Part shown: piece by piece, positions 10,693-21,117 of the stretch | Position numbering within the stretch: position 1 is the stretch's first letter | Layout of the letters: every line of letters begins with the position of its first letter | DNA from: Candidatus Poribacteria bacterium | Lineage (GTDB): Bacteria; Poribacteria; WGA-4E; PCPOR2b | Direction of reading: 5' to 3' | Length of the DNA: 64,000 bases | Assembly: GCA_965215015.1 (NCBI GenBank) | Contig: OZ244042.1 | Location: forward strand, 800,001-864,000 | Program-made: the position numbers and the translations under genes | Notes under the pieces: generated by a model | What the model was told of the DNA's origin: nothing | The model's input: only the letters and a program-made list of their open reading frames with translations | Database searches by the model: none

Positions 10693-12816
10693 TCATACTC
10701 CCATCTCAATGACGATATTCCTCCATTCATCCCGCCGCGCCTTACAGTGTGGTGGAACTAGAATTGTCGTGTCATACTCCTCGACGATGAACGGTCCATC
10801 TTCAGACTCCCTTCCCAGTCCTTCACGAGATAACACCGGCACCTCCAGCCAACCCGTCTCCCTACCAAAGTAACAACGGCGGTTTGGGGGTAAGGTTTGA
10901 GAGCTTGGAGGTTGGAGATATGAGAACGGGGACTTGGCTGTTGGGATGATAGCGGTCAGGCGTAGGTTGACAACCTCTATTGGGTCATCGGGTGCGCGGT
11001 GTCCGTAGGTACGCTCGTGGTCGGCGGCAAACCGCTCGCCCAATATGTGGAAAAACTGCGGCTGTCCGATCCGAACTTGTCGGAATCCTGACCTATCGGG
11101 ATCTAAGTCAACGATGGGCAGCGTCAATTCGGACGATTGTCCTGCATAGCGGAGGTCTACGGCACGCTGCAGGATAAGTTGTGTCGCGGTTTCGCCTTCT
11201 GCCATCAACCCTTCCCGTGCCGAGGCTTCCAGGCGTTCCAGTGTCTCCTTGAACTCGCCTGCGTTAAGCTCAGTGAGTAAACGCTTGTAGGTTTGGACTA
11301 GGTGATAGGCGATGTCCGCGTAAAGTAACCCGAAGGCACTGAAAAGTCCGGGGGAGGGGGGAATGAGGATTCGCTTTATGCCGAGCGATTCTGCCAACTC
11401 TGTCGCGTGTAGGGGACCGTTGCCGCCGAAAGCACACAGTACGAACTCGCGTGGATCGCGTCCGCGCTCCAATGACACCGCTCGTGCCGCCCGCGCCATG
11501 TTCGCTGCGGCGATACGATAGACCCCATGAGCGGCGTCGGATACCTCCAAGTTGAGTGGAGTCGCAATTTTGTCGTGTAAGGTTTGATATGCTTTCTCTG
11601 CGTTCAGCGGCAGCGCGCCCCCTGCGAGGTGCTCTGGATTGAGATAGCCGAGCACTACATTGGCGTCGGTGAGCGTCGGTTCTTCTCCACCCAACGCATA
11701 ACAGGCAGGGCCAGGCACCGCCCCCGCGCTTTGCGGACCAACCCGTAATGCCCCACCCGTGTCTAGATATACGATACTCCCACCACCAGCACCGACCTCA
11801 GCGATGTCAATTGCGGGTACACGTAATGGATAACCACCCCCTTTGCTCAAACGGGTGCCAACCGAAACCCCGCCACCAACTTGGTATTCCGGCGAGTGCG
11901 TGATCTGGCCATCTTCGATTAGCGATGCCTTTGCCGTAGTACCACCCATGTCGAGCGTCAAAACGTTAGTTAAACCAACACGCTCAGCAAGCGTGAGCGA
12001 GGCGATGACCCCCGCCGCTGGTCCCGATTCGATGATATGAATGGGTATCTCAGCAGCGGATTCAGCGGACATGACCCCGCCGTTGGATTGCATGACATAG
12101 AGTGGGAGAGCGTTATCTGTGCGGGTCAATTGTTGGTTCAGTCGGTCGGACAGCGAGTGCAGGTAGTGGCTGACGACGGGTTGTAGGTAAGCGTTGATAA
12201 CAGTCGTGCTCGTTCGCTCATACTCTTTGATTTCGGGTAGGACATCACAAGACAGGGAAACGGGTAGGTCGGGTGCCAGTTCGTGGATGAGTTCACCCAA
12301 CTGCCGCTCGTGGGCGGGATTGATGTAGGCGTTGATGAGGCAAACTGCGAGAGATTCAATATTTTGCGCTAGCATCCATCGAATGACCTCCCGTGCCCCG
12401 TCAACATCCAACGGCTGCACAATCTCACCGTTCGCACCGACACGCTCCTCAACCTCCCGTCGTAAACGTCTCAACGCCAATGGGAGCGGCTTCTCCCACG
12501 TCAAGTCGTACAAGCGAGGGTAGCGTAGTCGTCCAATCTCAAGTACGTCCCGGAAGCCGTTCGTTGTGATCAACCCGGTCAAAGCACCTTTGCGCTCTAG
12601 AATCGTGTTGGTCGCCACCGTTGTGCCGTGCACTACCTCGCTAATTTGACAAGGCAGCAGCGGTGCCAAGCCCGCAACTATGCCTTGTGCGTAATTGTCT
12701 GGCGTGGAGGGTACCTTTTGTGTCAGCACCGTACCATCATCCCCGATCAGCACAATGTCGGTGAAGGTGCCACCGATGTCAATGCCAAGGCGGTGTGTCT
12801 TTTGAGTCAAATTCAT
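10693..12816 (-). CDS. Hydantoinase/oxoprolinase family protein, A subunit
   Basis: 'GIDIGGTFTD', 'HGTTVATN', 'EYERTSTT', 'SGPAAG', 'DMGGTT', 'GAGGGS'. Confidence 0.95.
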   Translation of the reverse strand: MNLTQKTHRLGIDIGGTFTDIVLIGDDGTVLTQKVPSTPDNYAQGIVAGLAPLLPCQISEVVHGTTVATNTILERKGALTGLITTNGFRDVLEIGRLRYPRLYDLTWEKPLPLALRRLRREVEERVGANGEIVQPLDVDGAREVIRWMLAQNIESLAVCLINAYINPAHERQLGELIHELAPDLPVSLSCDVLPEIKEYERTSTTVINAYLQPVVSHYLHSLSDRLNQQLTRTDNALPLYVMQSNGGVMSAESAAEIPIHIIESGPAAGVIASLTLAERVGLTNVLTLDMGGTTAKASLIEDGQITHSPEYQVGGGVSVGTRLSKGGGYPLRVPAIDIAEVGAGGGSIVYLDTGGALRVGPQSAGAVPGPACYALGGEEPTLTDANVVLGYLNPEHLAGGALPLNAEKAYQTLHDKIATPLNLEVSDAAHGVYRIAAANMARAARAVSLERGRDPREFVLCAFGGNGPLHATELAESLGIKRILIPPSPGLFSAFGLLYADIAYHLVQTYKRLLTELNAGEFKETLERLEASAREGLMAEGETATQLILQRAVDLRYAGQSSELTLPIVDLDPDRSGFRQVRIGQPQFFHILGERFAADHERTYGHRAPDDPIEVVNLRLTAIIPTAKSPFSYLQPPSSQTLPPNRRCYFGRETGWLEVPVLSREGLGRESEDGPFIVEEYDTTILVPPHCKARRDEWRNIVIEMGV

Positions 12817-12886
12817 CTTACGGTTCCTCGTTCATTAGCGGTATTCCTTCTGAAACGGCTCTGGACTCATCTGCGTTGGTACCCAC

Positions 12887-13285
12887 ATGGCTGCCAAACT
12901 AACGGTCAATCAAGCCGCTCAAAAATTGAATCTTTCATCTAAGAACGTCAAGTGCTGGCTCAAGGATGGCAAGCTAAACGGTAAAAAGGTAAAGGGGAAA
13001 TGGCGTGTTCAAGCTGATAGCACATTTGAACACTACCTAAATGCCGGTGGCACCCAGATGGATATCCATCTATCCATTGATCAACTGAAGGCTGAAACGA
13101 AACATTTGCGCGAGTTATTGGCGAACAGGGACGAACAAATTGAATCCATGAGTCAGCAGATAGAACGTCTCTCTCAACTGTTGGCTGTCTCCCATAGGTC
13201 GCTCCAACAGGTTACGGATCAGTATCACCTATTGATAGAAGATAATCGAAAGCGGTCTTTCTGGAAACGTCTGTTCGGCGGTTAA
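12887..13285 (+). CDS. Excisionase/MerR-like HTH protein with coiled-coil C-terminus
   Basis: 'LTVNQAAQKLNLS...WLKDGKL'; heptad-rich tail ending 'SFWKRLFG'. Confidence 0.75.
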   Translation: MAAKLTVNQAAQKLNLSSKNVKCWLKDGKLNGKKVKGKWRVQADSTFEHYLNAGGTQMDIHLSIDQLKAETKHLRELLANRDEQIESMSQQIERLSQLLAVSHRSLQQVTDQYHLLIEDNRKRSFWKRLFGG

Positions 13286-13499
13286 TTATCGGTTCTTCTT
13301 TGAATCGCCTACATTGGTCAGTGGAGCATCGCATTTGTCTGAATCTGGATTGACAAGATTTCAGGATTTGGGGACATGTCTTTTCTTATCCCTATATCAC
13401 TTGGATAGCCATATCCAAGCTTTTCCTTGTTCTCCCAGATGAACACTTTCAGATTAATTCCTCTATCTTTTGCCAAAAGTAGCAGAAGTTGGGCGATTT

Positions 13500-14408
13500 G
13501 TTCGTTTCTACATTCATGTGTAGGGCGATGCATTCTGCCCCTGCTGATTTTTCCCTGCCAACCGATCTCCAACCATCCTTATCGATTTGGTCTATCCCCG
13601 GAATCTTATCGGCGATTCCTTCTAGAATCGCCTTGAAACGTTCTGGATGCTCATGTTCCATAAATTGCATGACATTACTGAGGTTATCGCCATGGATATT
13701 GAGATGTTGCTGGGGGCCCACCAGTGGGCGGGCTGCGTGCAGCGTCTGGAGTAAAGTAACTCAGATGCCAACTTTCGATGAAGCGGCGAAAAGCAGAAAT
13801 TTTCGGGTGTTGTTTTTAAGCACCGAGTGTGGCAATGCCGAGCTTGCGTCGATCTTCCAACTCGATAATCTCGATCTCGTCAGATTCTTCTGCTGTTATT
13901 AATTTTATAAGTTCAAAGAAATTGGGTAGTTCCACTTCTTCGTCAATCTGGCATCCTTCCTCTTCCTCCCTCCACGCCAGCCCCTTCCCATCATCGAGAA
14001 ATCAAAAGAAAAACGGGCGACCGTATCTCTGGCCTTTTCGTCCCCGTCTGAGACGTTCTCGCAGGAGGTAGGGGTGTCCAGACTCGTCTGTCGCTATGTC
14101 AAGCTGATATGTAGTGGGGCGTGCATTCCTATGTTCCGGGTAATACACATCGAATCCGATGGGCCCGTCTCACCTTGCGTCCGTATTTTCTCAAAGCCGC
14201 CGCGCCCTCGCGCATCGCAAGCTTCCTCAACGCCGGATTTAAGAGCGTCAGCAAGGAACCCAAAGGCATCGCATAGGACAGTTTTCCCAACCCCATCTTT
14301 GCCAATAACTACTGTCATAGGGGTGAGTGGTTGTTTTTTTCGTTAGTGCCACAAGCGGCCCAATGTCACATCCTTGAGTACTTCTCTGAATCCTCCTATC
14401 CTTGCCAT
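13500..14408 (-). pseudogene. Disrupted AAA_21/ABC-type ATPase
   Basis: Fragments across frames: 'MARIGGFREVLKDVTLG', Walker A 'VIGKDGVGKT', 'FRRFIESWHLSYFTPDAAR', 'GDNLSNV'; internal stops, frameshifts, C-terminal half absent. Confidence 0.75.
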
Positions 14409-14434
14409 TTTGCAGCCCTCATTTAATATACACG

Positions 14435-15265
14435 CTAAATGCTAGTCTTAATATTATTTGCATCCTGCGATACATCCAACCGTTGCCTATTATGCTGCAC
14501 TGCATCGGGGAAATTCCCTTTCAGATGGTCAAGAACCTCCTCAATAGGGCATTCGCACCGCAAATTAGCAAACGGAAATTCCCCCGTTTTCCGGAATAGC
14601 GCATCGTTCCGGGCGTGGAAATCTCCCAGACGGCTTGTGAACTGTCCCCAGTGCCCCATGGTATATCGAACTTCAGCTCTCGGCACTGCACTCTGTTTCC
14701 AACGCTCTGGAAACAGTTTCTGAAATGGTGGAACGGAATTAAGCCAACTCCCGCAACGGACGATTTCGACCTCGGGACGCCTGACCTGAGAATCCTCCAA
14801 CAACCGGATGAGGGAGGCGGCAAACGGAACCCACATATCGCTCAGAGGCGATCGGGGTTGATAGACGTTCAGGATGTGGATGTTAAGCTGATCTGCCCCG
14901 TAGTCGTAACTCCAGCACTCGTAGGGCCGTGTCTCCGGTGATGGGAGCGCATCCGGGCATTTCCTCAGGTATGGCGACAATAGGTCTAACCCCGCTGCTT
15001 CAAGCTGCTCGGTGGAGGGTTCATCTATATAATGGTCGAAAATCGTCCGCAGTCCTTCCAGAATCTCTTTCCACTTCGGACCGACCTCCTCACTGGATGG
15101 GTGGTGTTTGCCATCGTAAAGCCACGTGTTCCGGTAAATATTTACCTGACCGCTCACCAACCCTTCAAAGTCACTTTCCCCTTCGCAAAAACGTTTATGG
15201 ACAAACCAGAGACTGAGTTTGGTAAATTCTCTCACATAGTTGATGTGTATCGAGTCATGTTGCAA
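14435..15265 (-). CDS. Hypothetical protein
   Basis: Long ORF; AGGAGG RBS before TTG 15265; 'CGSWLN', 'WGQF' motifs. Confidence 0.6.
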   Translation of the reverse strand: MQHDSIHINYVREFTKLSLWFVHKRFCEGESDFEGLVSGQVNIYRNTWLYDGKHHPSSEEVGPKWKEILEGLRTIFDHYIDEPSTEQLEAAGLDLLSPYLRKCPDALPSPETRPYECWSYDYGADQLNIHILNVYQPRSPLSDMWVPFAASLIRLLEDSQVRRPEVEIVRCGSWLNSVPPFQKLFPERWKQSAVPRAEVRYTMGHWGQFTSRLGDFHARNDALFRKTGEFPFANLRCECPIEEVLDHLKGNFPDAVQHNRQRLDVSQDANNIKTSI

Positions 15266-15318
15266 GGTGCACTTCCTCCTGCTGATAATTGTTCTGTTCA
15301 CTGCATGACGCGGGTAGG

Positions 15319-16752
15319 TTATTTTTTTGCATCCCGCTTTGAGGCGCGTTGAATTGACCAGAGTGTCTTGAAAAGGATTTTGATGTCAAAGCCAATTGAC
15401 CAGTTTTCAATGTAGTACAGATCATAACGGATACGTTCCTCGAGCGAGGTATTCCCCCGGAGTCCGTTGATCTGTGCCCAGCCGGTGAGTCCGCATTTGA
15501 CACGGTGCCGGTCTAAGTAATGTGGGATCGATTTGCTGAAGCCGTCAATTAGTCCTGACATCTCCGGACGAGGCCCTACCAAACTCATATCTCCCTTGAG
15601 GACATTGAAGAATTGGGGAAGTTCATCTAAACACCAACGCCTTAGAAACCTACCGAGCCATGTCTGCCGTGGGTCGTCTTTTGAAGCCCAGACGTGTCCA
15701 ACGCCCACTTCCGCATCTTGTCGCATCGATCTGAACTTATAAATATAGAAAGGGTTACCATCTCGCCCCACCCGTTCCTGTCGAAAAATTACCTTCCCCG
15801 GCGACGAGAGCTTCACAGCGATAGCGATGACGAGCATCAATGGACTGCAAACAATCAGCGCGACGCCACTTAACAGGATGTCCATTCCACGTTTAATCAT
15901 TCGGCACCAGCCTTGGAGTGGCAGTTCCTTTAACTTGACGACTGGAATACCATCAAAATCCGCTACCTGTGTGTGGCCGATCATCACCTCATAGAGGTCT
16001 GGAAGCAGATGCAGTCGCACGGATAGTCCTTCGCACACATCCACAATTTGCAGAATCTCTGTGTGGGAAATCGCCGGTGAGGTGATGAACAGTTCATCAA
16101 TCCGATACTTCTGGATGAGACTCCGAACCTCCGTGAACTCACCAAGAATACGGTGAGTAATTGGTTGTGAGGGAGGCAGCTCACCGAGTAGGACGCCAAC
16201 AAATTGGTAACCGTTGCCCGTTTTCTCCTGGAGCGTGTGAATCAGTTGCTGTGTCGTCCTGTTAAAACCGACAACCGCAACACGACTGATACCCACGCCC
16301 AGCTGTTGGATCGCCGCTTTGAAACGCTGGATTGCTAGCCGATTGAAACACAGGAGAAGGACACTCAGTCCACACGACAAGATCATTACCCAGCGTGAAT
16401 ATTGGTGATTGTGATAGATGAAGAAAATTGCGCTGAGCGTGGCGATTGACGCAATCAACCCTGCTTTTGACAGGGACACTATTATTTCGAGGGTGACATG
16501 CCCCTCGATCCGGTAGAGTCCGCCCCCCCGGAGTACGAGGAGCCAGATGAATCCCATCAGCGGGATGAGTTGGAAATAGTAATCGAGCGGCGGCGGTGCT
16601 CCCTTATGGATGGCAACCCCGTCTAGCCACCCCGATTCAAAGCGGAGCCAGTATGCGATAAAAACCGATGTGCTGATGAAGCAGACATCTAGGAGAAGAG
16701 TTAAGATAATGAGGAATTGATCAAGGGTTTTGTTTGACATTGTTATATTCAA
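15319..16752 (-). CDS. wcaJ: Undecaprenyl-phosphate glucose phosphotransferase (WcaJ/WbaP type)
   Basis: N-terminal TM helices; 'KRGMD', 'KFRSM', 'DELPQFFNVLKGDMSLVGPRPE', 'GLTGWAQING', 'DLYYIENWS'. Confidence 0.9.
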   Translation of the reverse strand: MNITMSNKTLDQFLIILTLLLDVCFISTSVFIAYWLRFESGWLDGVAIHKGAPPPLDYYFQLIPLMGFIWLLVLRGGGLYRIEGHVTLEIIVSLSKAGLIASIATLSAIFFIYHNHQYSRWVMILSCGLSVLLLCFNRLAIQRFKAAIQQLGVGISRVAVVGFNRTTQQLIHTLQEKTGNGYQFVGVLLGELPPSQPITHRILGEFTEVRSLIQKYRIDELFITSPAISHTEILQIVDVCEGLSVRLHLLPDLYEVMIGHTQVADFDGIPVVKLKELPLQGWCRMIKRGMDILLSGVALIVCSPLMLVIAIAVKLSSPGKVIFRQERVGRDGNPFYIYKFRSMRQDAEVGVGHVWASKDDPRQTWLGRFLRRWCLDELPQFFNVLKGDMSLVGPRPEMSGLIDGFSKSIPHYLDRHRVKCGLTGWAQINGLRGNTSLEERIRYDLYYIENWSIGFDIKILFKTLWSIQRASKRDAKK

Positions 16753-17042
16753 TTTCAGTGCACCTATTCGGATTGATGGAATTGTATCAAAAACAGCTGC
16801 AATTTATCAATGCTAATTTGTATGGGGTGACGGAACTATTTTCGTTGCAGCAGTAATCGTTCAAACGGAGGTAACATTCGTAAGATGGGTGGGTCACAAA
16901 GGCCAACCTAATTTTAGCATTGCGACTGCGCTAGTGGGTATGCTATAATCGGAAATCGGACTCTCAGTTGCTTGGCTTAGATCCGGTATTCCCCTACATG
17001 AAGATTTGGGCTGCGTATCCGATTATAAGAAGGAAGAACTGT

Positions 17043-17912
17043 ATGAGAAATTCCTTACCATTCCGATGGAATCGGGCTTCAAAGCAACTTGCAACCCCGA
17101 TTGTATTGAGATTCACAGTAATTTGTGTGATTGCTATCTTTTTAGCAATTCCATCGGCGGTTCTCGCACGCGCCACTGTATCCATCCAACCGTCAGAGAT
17201 GAAGTCTCCAACCGTCGGAAAGGAATTTTCTGTGGCTGTGGCTATCAACAATGGCGCAAATGTTGCCGCGTATCAAGTCACCGTGGAGTTCAATCCAAGG
17301 ACGCTTGCATTTGTAGACACAAAGAATGCCGACTACTTGCCGGTGGGTGCCTTTGTGGTGCCACCGCTTATTGCTGACAATAACGTAACATTGGCGGCGG
17401 CCTCTCTGGCTGGTACATCCAATGGAGACGGCATCCTCGCAACCATTACTTTTGCTGTAATCGAGGCGAATCCTTCCATAATCGGATTTACGGTGGTTCT
17501 CCTGTCAGACTCAGATGCTAACCGGCTGGACGTAATCACGACAAACGGTCAAATTACAGGCCCTGCAGAGGTTAATGAATTTCCTGTCGCCATCATCAAC
17601 GCCGTACCGACGAAAGTTTTCACGGGCCAAACGGTTTCATTGAGCGGTGCAGGTTCGCTAGACGACAGCGGGATTAGACATTACGTTTGGCATTTTGGCG
17701 ACGGTTCGAGTGCCGAACAGAAAGAAACGGTCACGCATGTTTATAAGCAATCCGGTAATTATACCGTTACACTCACGGTTACCGATGATGGGATTCCCCC
17801 ACTGACAGATCAAGCGATTTTAATACTCACGGTTACTGATAAAAATTTGCCTGTCCATCAACGGAGAAAACAGATAACATCATGGGGGCGGCTTAAAAAA
17901 ATCACAAGATAA
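17043..17912 (+). CDS. Secreted cohesin-like + PKD domain protein
   Basis: Signal-like N-terminus; cohesin-like 'YQVTVEFNP...GDGILATITF'; PKD 'YVWHFGDG', 'HVYKQSGNYTVTLTVTD'; C-terminal 'KQITSWGRLK'. Confidence 0.8.
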   Translation: MRNSLPFRWNRASKQLATPIVLRFTVICVIAIFLAIPSAVLARATVSIQPSEMKSPTVGKEFSVAVAINNGANVAAYQVTVEFNPRTLAFVDTKNADYLPVGAFVVPPLIADNNVTLAAASLAGTSNGDGILATITFAVIEANPSIIGFTVVLLSDSDANRLDVITTNGQITGPAEVNEFPVAIINAVPTKVFTGQTVSLSGAGSLDDSGIRHYVWHFGDGSSAEQKETVTHVYKQSGNYTVTLTVTDDGIPPLTDQAILILTVTDKNLPVHQRRKQITSWGRLKKITR

Positions 17913-17949
17913 AGGATAAACAGGGAATCCTTGATAAGGAGATAGGAAG

Positions 17950-18984
17950 ATGAGATTGATTCAATTTCAGTTGCCAGAAAAAGGAAGGCGGGTCGGATAT
18001 ATTGATGGCGATCAGGTTATCGACCTGACCAGCGTCAATACGGAGTGGACATGGATCTATAATCTCTTCTTTGAGGCTCGCAGACGGAAAAAAACTATCG
18101 GTGCGTATATTGCAGCGACTCCCACTGAGGCCGCAGACCGAGTGTTGTATAATCAGCTGTTAACCGGGCGACCGGGGGATGCAAGCGGATGGATCTTACC
18201 CCCACTCGATCATCCGGACCCAGCCCACTGCACAGTTTCCGGGACAGGGCTAACGCATCTCGGGAGTATGGAAGCACGGGACCAGATGCACACAATCGCT
18301 GACACCAATGAGGCAACGAAGACAGATTCGCAGAAGATGTTTGAGATGGGGTTGAAAGGTGGTAAACCCGCGCCCGGTGAGCGTGGAATACAGCCCGAAT
18401 GGTTCTATAAAGGGAACGGGACAATTCTCCGGGGCCACAACGACTTTCTGGATATTCCCGACTTTACAAAAGATGGCGGAGAGGAACCGGAAATTGTGGG
18501 TTGCTACGTCATTGACGCCGATGGGATTCCCTGCCGGCTCGGTTTTACAATCGGCAACGAATGGGCAGACCATCCTATGGAGCGCGTGAATTACCTGTGG
18601 CTTGCTCTCTCGAAAATGCGCGTTTGTGCTGTAGGGCCTGAATTAGTAACCGACGAGTCATTTGCGGATCTTCGAGGCAGCTGCCGTATCGTACGGGAAT
18701 CGGAGGAAATCTATCATTCCGGCGATCTCCTCACGGGCGAAGCGCACATGAGCCACACCCTTGCCAATCTCGAAGACCATCACTTTAAGTATCCCCACTT
18801 TCGGATCCCCGGCGATGTGCACATGCACTACTTTGGAACCATGAAACTCTCTTTCCCAGACAGACCGACCTATGAAACCGGGGATAAGATTGAAATCCAC
18901 TTTAATGGGATGGGGGCAACGCTCGTCAACTATGTCCGTCAGATTCCGGTGTCGAAGACACAGGTTGGGGTGGAGAAGGGATAG
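17950..18984 (+). CDS. AraD1/GguC-like FAH-superfamily protein
   Basis: 'VSGTGLTHLGS', 'TDSQKMF', 'QPEWFYKGNG', 'DGGEEPE', 'NLEDHHFKY'. Confidence 0.88.
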   Translation: MRLIQFQLPEKGRRVGYIDGDQVIDLTSVNTEWTWIYNLFFEARRRKKTIGAYIAATPTEAADRVLYNQLLTGRPGDASGWILPPLDHPDPAHCTVSGTGLTHLGSMEARDQMHTIADTNEATKTDSQKMFEMGLKGGKPAPGERGIQPEWFYKGNGTILRGHNDFLDIPDFTKDGGEEPEIVGCYVIDADGIPCRLGFTIGNEWADHPMERVNYLWLALSKMRVCAVGPELVTDESFADLRGSCRIVRESEEIYHSGDLLTGEAHMSHTLANLEDHHFKYPHFRIPGDVHMHYFGTMKLSFPDRPTYETGDKIEIHFNGMGATLVNYVRQIPVSKTQVGVEKG

Positions 18985-19043
18985 AACGTCAATTTATCGG
19001 GCTGCTGATTCGTGCATTGATTTCGATGGAATTGGGAAACCGG

Positions 19044-19958
19044 TTATCGAGCGATGCGAAACCCAATCACAAACTCCGTGTACTCCTTACTGAAGAAGTC
19101 ATAGCTTGTGCAGGTGCTGTAATCGTGGTTGTAGTACCACGCCCCACCCCTGACCACGCGAAAGTGTGGGTCGTCTTCGTCGTACCATGTGCTTGTCCAT
19201 TCCCACACGTTCCCTAGCATATCGTAGCAACCGAAGGGGCTAATCCCGTCTGGGAAAGCACCCACAGGGGTTGTGCCGCCCGCCCCAAGTTCTACGGTGT
19301 TGCAGCGCGGTTTGTCGATTTCATCTCCCCACGGAAATAGGCGTTCATCATCGCCGCGAACAGTCCGCTCCCATTCCTCGAAGGCGGGCAATCGGGAACC
19401 TACCCACCCTGCATACGCTTCCGCCTCCTCACAACTCACCTCCACGACCGGGTGATCGCCCTTTTTTTGGGGGTATGCTCCGTCCTCCCAAGATTGTGGC
19501 TGCTGATGCCCTGTTGCCTGAATGAACCGCTGGTACTGTGCGTTCGTCACCGGGTAGCGAGCCATCTGGAATCTTTCCACCCAGAGCGGGGTCAACTCCT
19601 CACCGATCAACACTTTCCCGGAGGGGATGTCAACCATGTTATCCAATACCTGAAAAGCAGCATCACGGATGCTTTGATCCGCGTAATCAAGGGCATGACC
19701 GAGCGGTGAAATAACCTCTCCTATTGGCGGCGTTGTGAGCGGGCACATCTGCTCCCAACCCAGATTCGTCGCTAACAGTAGACGAGCAGCTTCCGCTAAG
19801 GATTCCTCAAAGTGCCATGTCCAGTACTGCTTGAGCAGTTGCTGCAACGCCTCCGGATCATCACTCTGTGTGAGCGTAACCCTCGCTTTCCGCGAATCTG
19901 TCCCGCTTTGTTCACTCAGCGTCTTCAGACTTATCAATTCTGCCAATGTACTTCCCAC
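19044..19958 (-). CDS. Formylglycine-generating enzyme (SUMF1) family domain protein
   Basis: 'PVTNAQY', 'HPVVEVS', 'RLPAFEEWE', 'YDMLGNVWEW', 'RGGAW', 'GFR'. Confidence 0.9.
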   Translation of the reverse strand: MGSTLAELISLKTLSEQSGTDSRKARVTLTQSDDPEALQQLLKQYWTWHFEESLAEAARLLLATNLGWEQMCPLTTPPIGEVISPLGHALDYADQSIRDAAFQVLDNMVDIPSGKVLIGEELTPLWVERFQMARYPVTNAQYQRFIQATGHQQPQSWEDGAYPQKKGDHPVVEVSCEEAEAYAGWVGSRLPAFEEWERTVRGDDERLFPWGDEIDKPRCNTVELGAGGTTPVGAFPDGISPFGCYDMLGNVWEWTSTWYDEDDPHFRVVRGGAWYYNHDYSTCTSYDFFSKEYTEFVIGFRIAR

Positions 19959-19980
19959 CTTCTTAGGACTCGAATGCGTA

Positions 19981-21117
19981 TCACTCCAACGTCGATATAT
20001 CCTCCACTAGTTGCTTCAACCGTCCTAGGAACTGTGCTGCGATTACACCATCAACAACCCGATGGTCACACGACAGCGTCAGTGCTATTCGCACCCCGGG
20101 CACTATCTGTCCATCTTTGACCACAGGCTTCTCCACAATCGCCCCAACAGCGAGGATGGCCGCTTCCGGGGCGTGGATAATAGCATGAAAGGTCTCAATG
20201 TCGTACATGCCCAAGTTCGTGATGCTGAACCCTGCGCCGGATACTTTATCCGCCGACAGTTTTCCAGACCGCGCTCCATCAACCAGCGAACGCACGGTTT
20301 CAGCAATCTCGATGAGTGCCTGCTGATTGGCATCGCGTATCACAGGCACAACCAGTCCGCCCTCCACTGCGGTGATTAGCCCGACGTTCACGGTGTGAGG
20401 AATGGCGAACGCATCGCCCTCAACACTTGCCCGCATTTGTGGATATTCGTGAAGTGCCAATCCGGCCGCCTTGACCAAACAGTGGGTGACTGAGATGCCT
20501 TCTGGACGATCATTCAAAAGTGACGCTGCATCTGCCTCCAGCGTAAGGTAGAAGTGCGGGGCATTCTGGAAGCTCTCTTGGGTCATCTGAGCAATGGCAC
20601 GACGCATTGAACTCATTGGCACTCGATCGACATCAGAGGATGCCCGGCTGGCTTCTATGGCATGTTCCACATCCCCGGTTGTTATCGCACCGCCGGGGCC
20701 GCTGCCTGACAGCCCTGCCAGATCAATTCCATGCTCCGTTGCGAGTTTTCGGGCAGCGGGGGAGGCTCGTACCCGACCTGTTGCCGCGCGACGCGGACGC
20801 GCAGACGGGCTTGGGGTTGTGCTAGTCTGCGTTGCTTCAGGAGTTGGGGAAGGAACCTCCTCAACTTCGGGGAGGGGTTCATCTGCCTCGCCGATAAAAC
20901 CCATCGTCACACCCACGGGTCGTGTCTCCCCTTCGCGGATAAATATCTTGCGTAGGAGTCCCGACGCGGGTGCAGTAATCTCAATGGTTGTCTTTTCAGT
21001 CTCTACCTCGCACAGAAGCTGTCCCTCCTCAACGCGGTCTCCCTCTGCTACACTCCACCCGATAACCGTTGACGCCTCGCTGGTAAAACCCGATTTGGGG
21101 AGCACAATCGGTGTCAT
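19981..21117 (-). CDS. acoC: Dihydrolipoamide acetyltransferase E2 of an acetoin/pyruvate-type dehydrogenase
   Basis: Lipoyl 'EVETEKT', E3-binding 'RASPAARKLA...GSGPGG', catalytic 'DHRVVDG'. Confidence 0.85.
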   Translation of the reverse strand: MTPIVLPKSGFTSEASTVIGWSVAEGDRVEEGQLLCEVETEKTTIEITAPASGLLRKIFIREGETRPVGVTMGFIGEADEPLPEVEEVPSPTPEATQTSTTPSPSARPRRAATGRVRASPAARKLATEHGIDLAGLSGSGPGGAITTGDVEHAIEASRASSDVDRVPMSSMRRAIAQMTQESFQNAPHFYLTLEADAASLLNDRPEGISVTHCLVKAAGLALHEYPQMRASVEGDAFAIPHTVNVGLITAVEGGLVVPVIRDANQQALIEIAETVRSLVDGARSGKLSADKVSGAGFSITNLGMYDIETFHAIIHAPEAAILAVGAIVEKPVVKDGQIVPGVRIALTLSCDHRVVDGVIAAQFLGRLKQLVEDISTLE

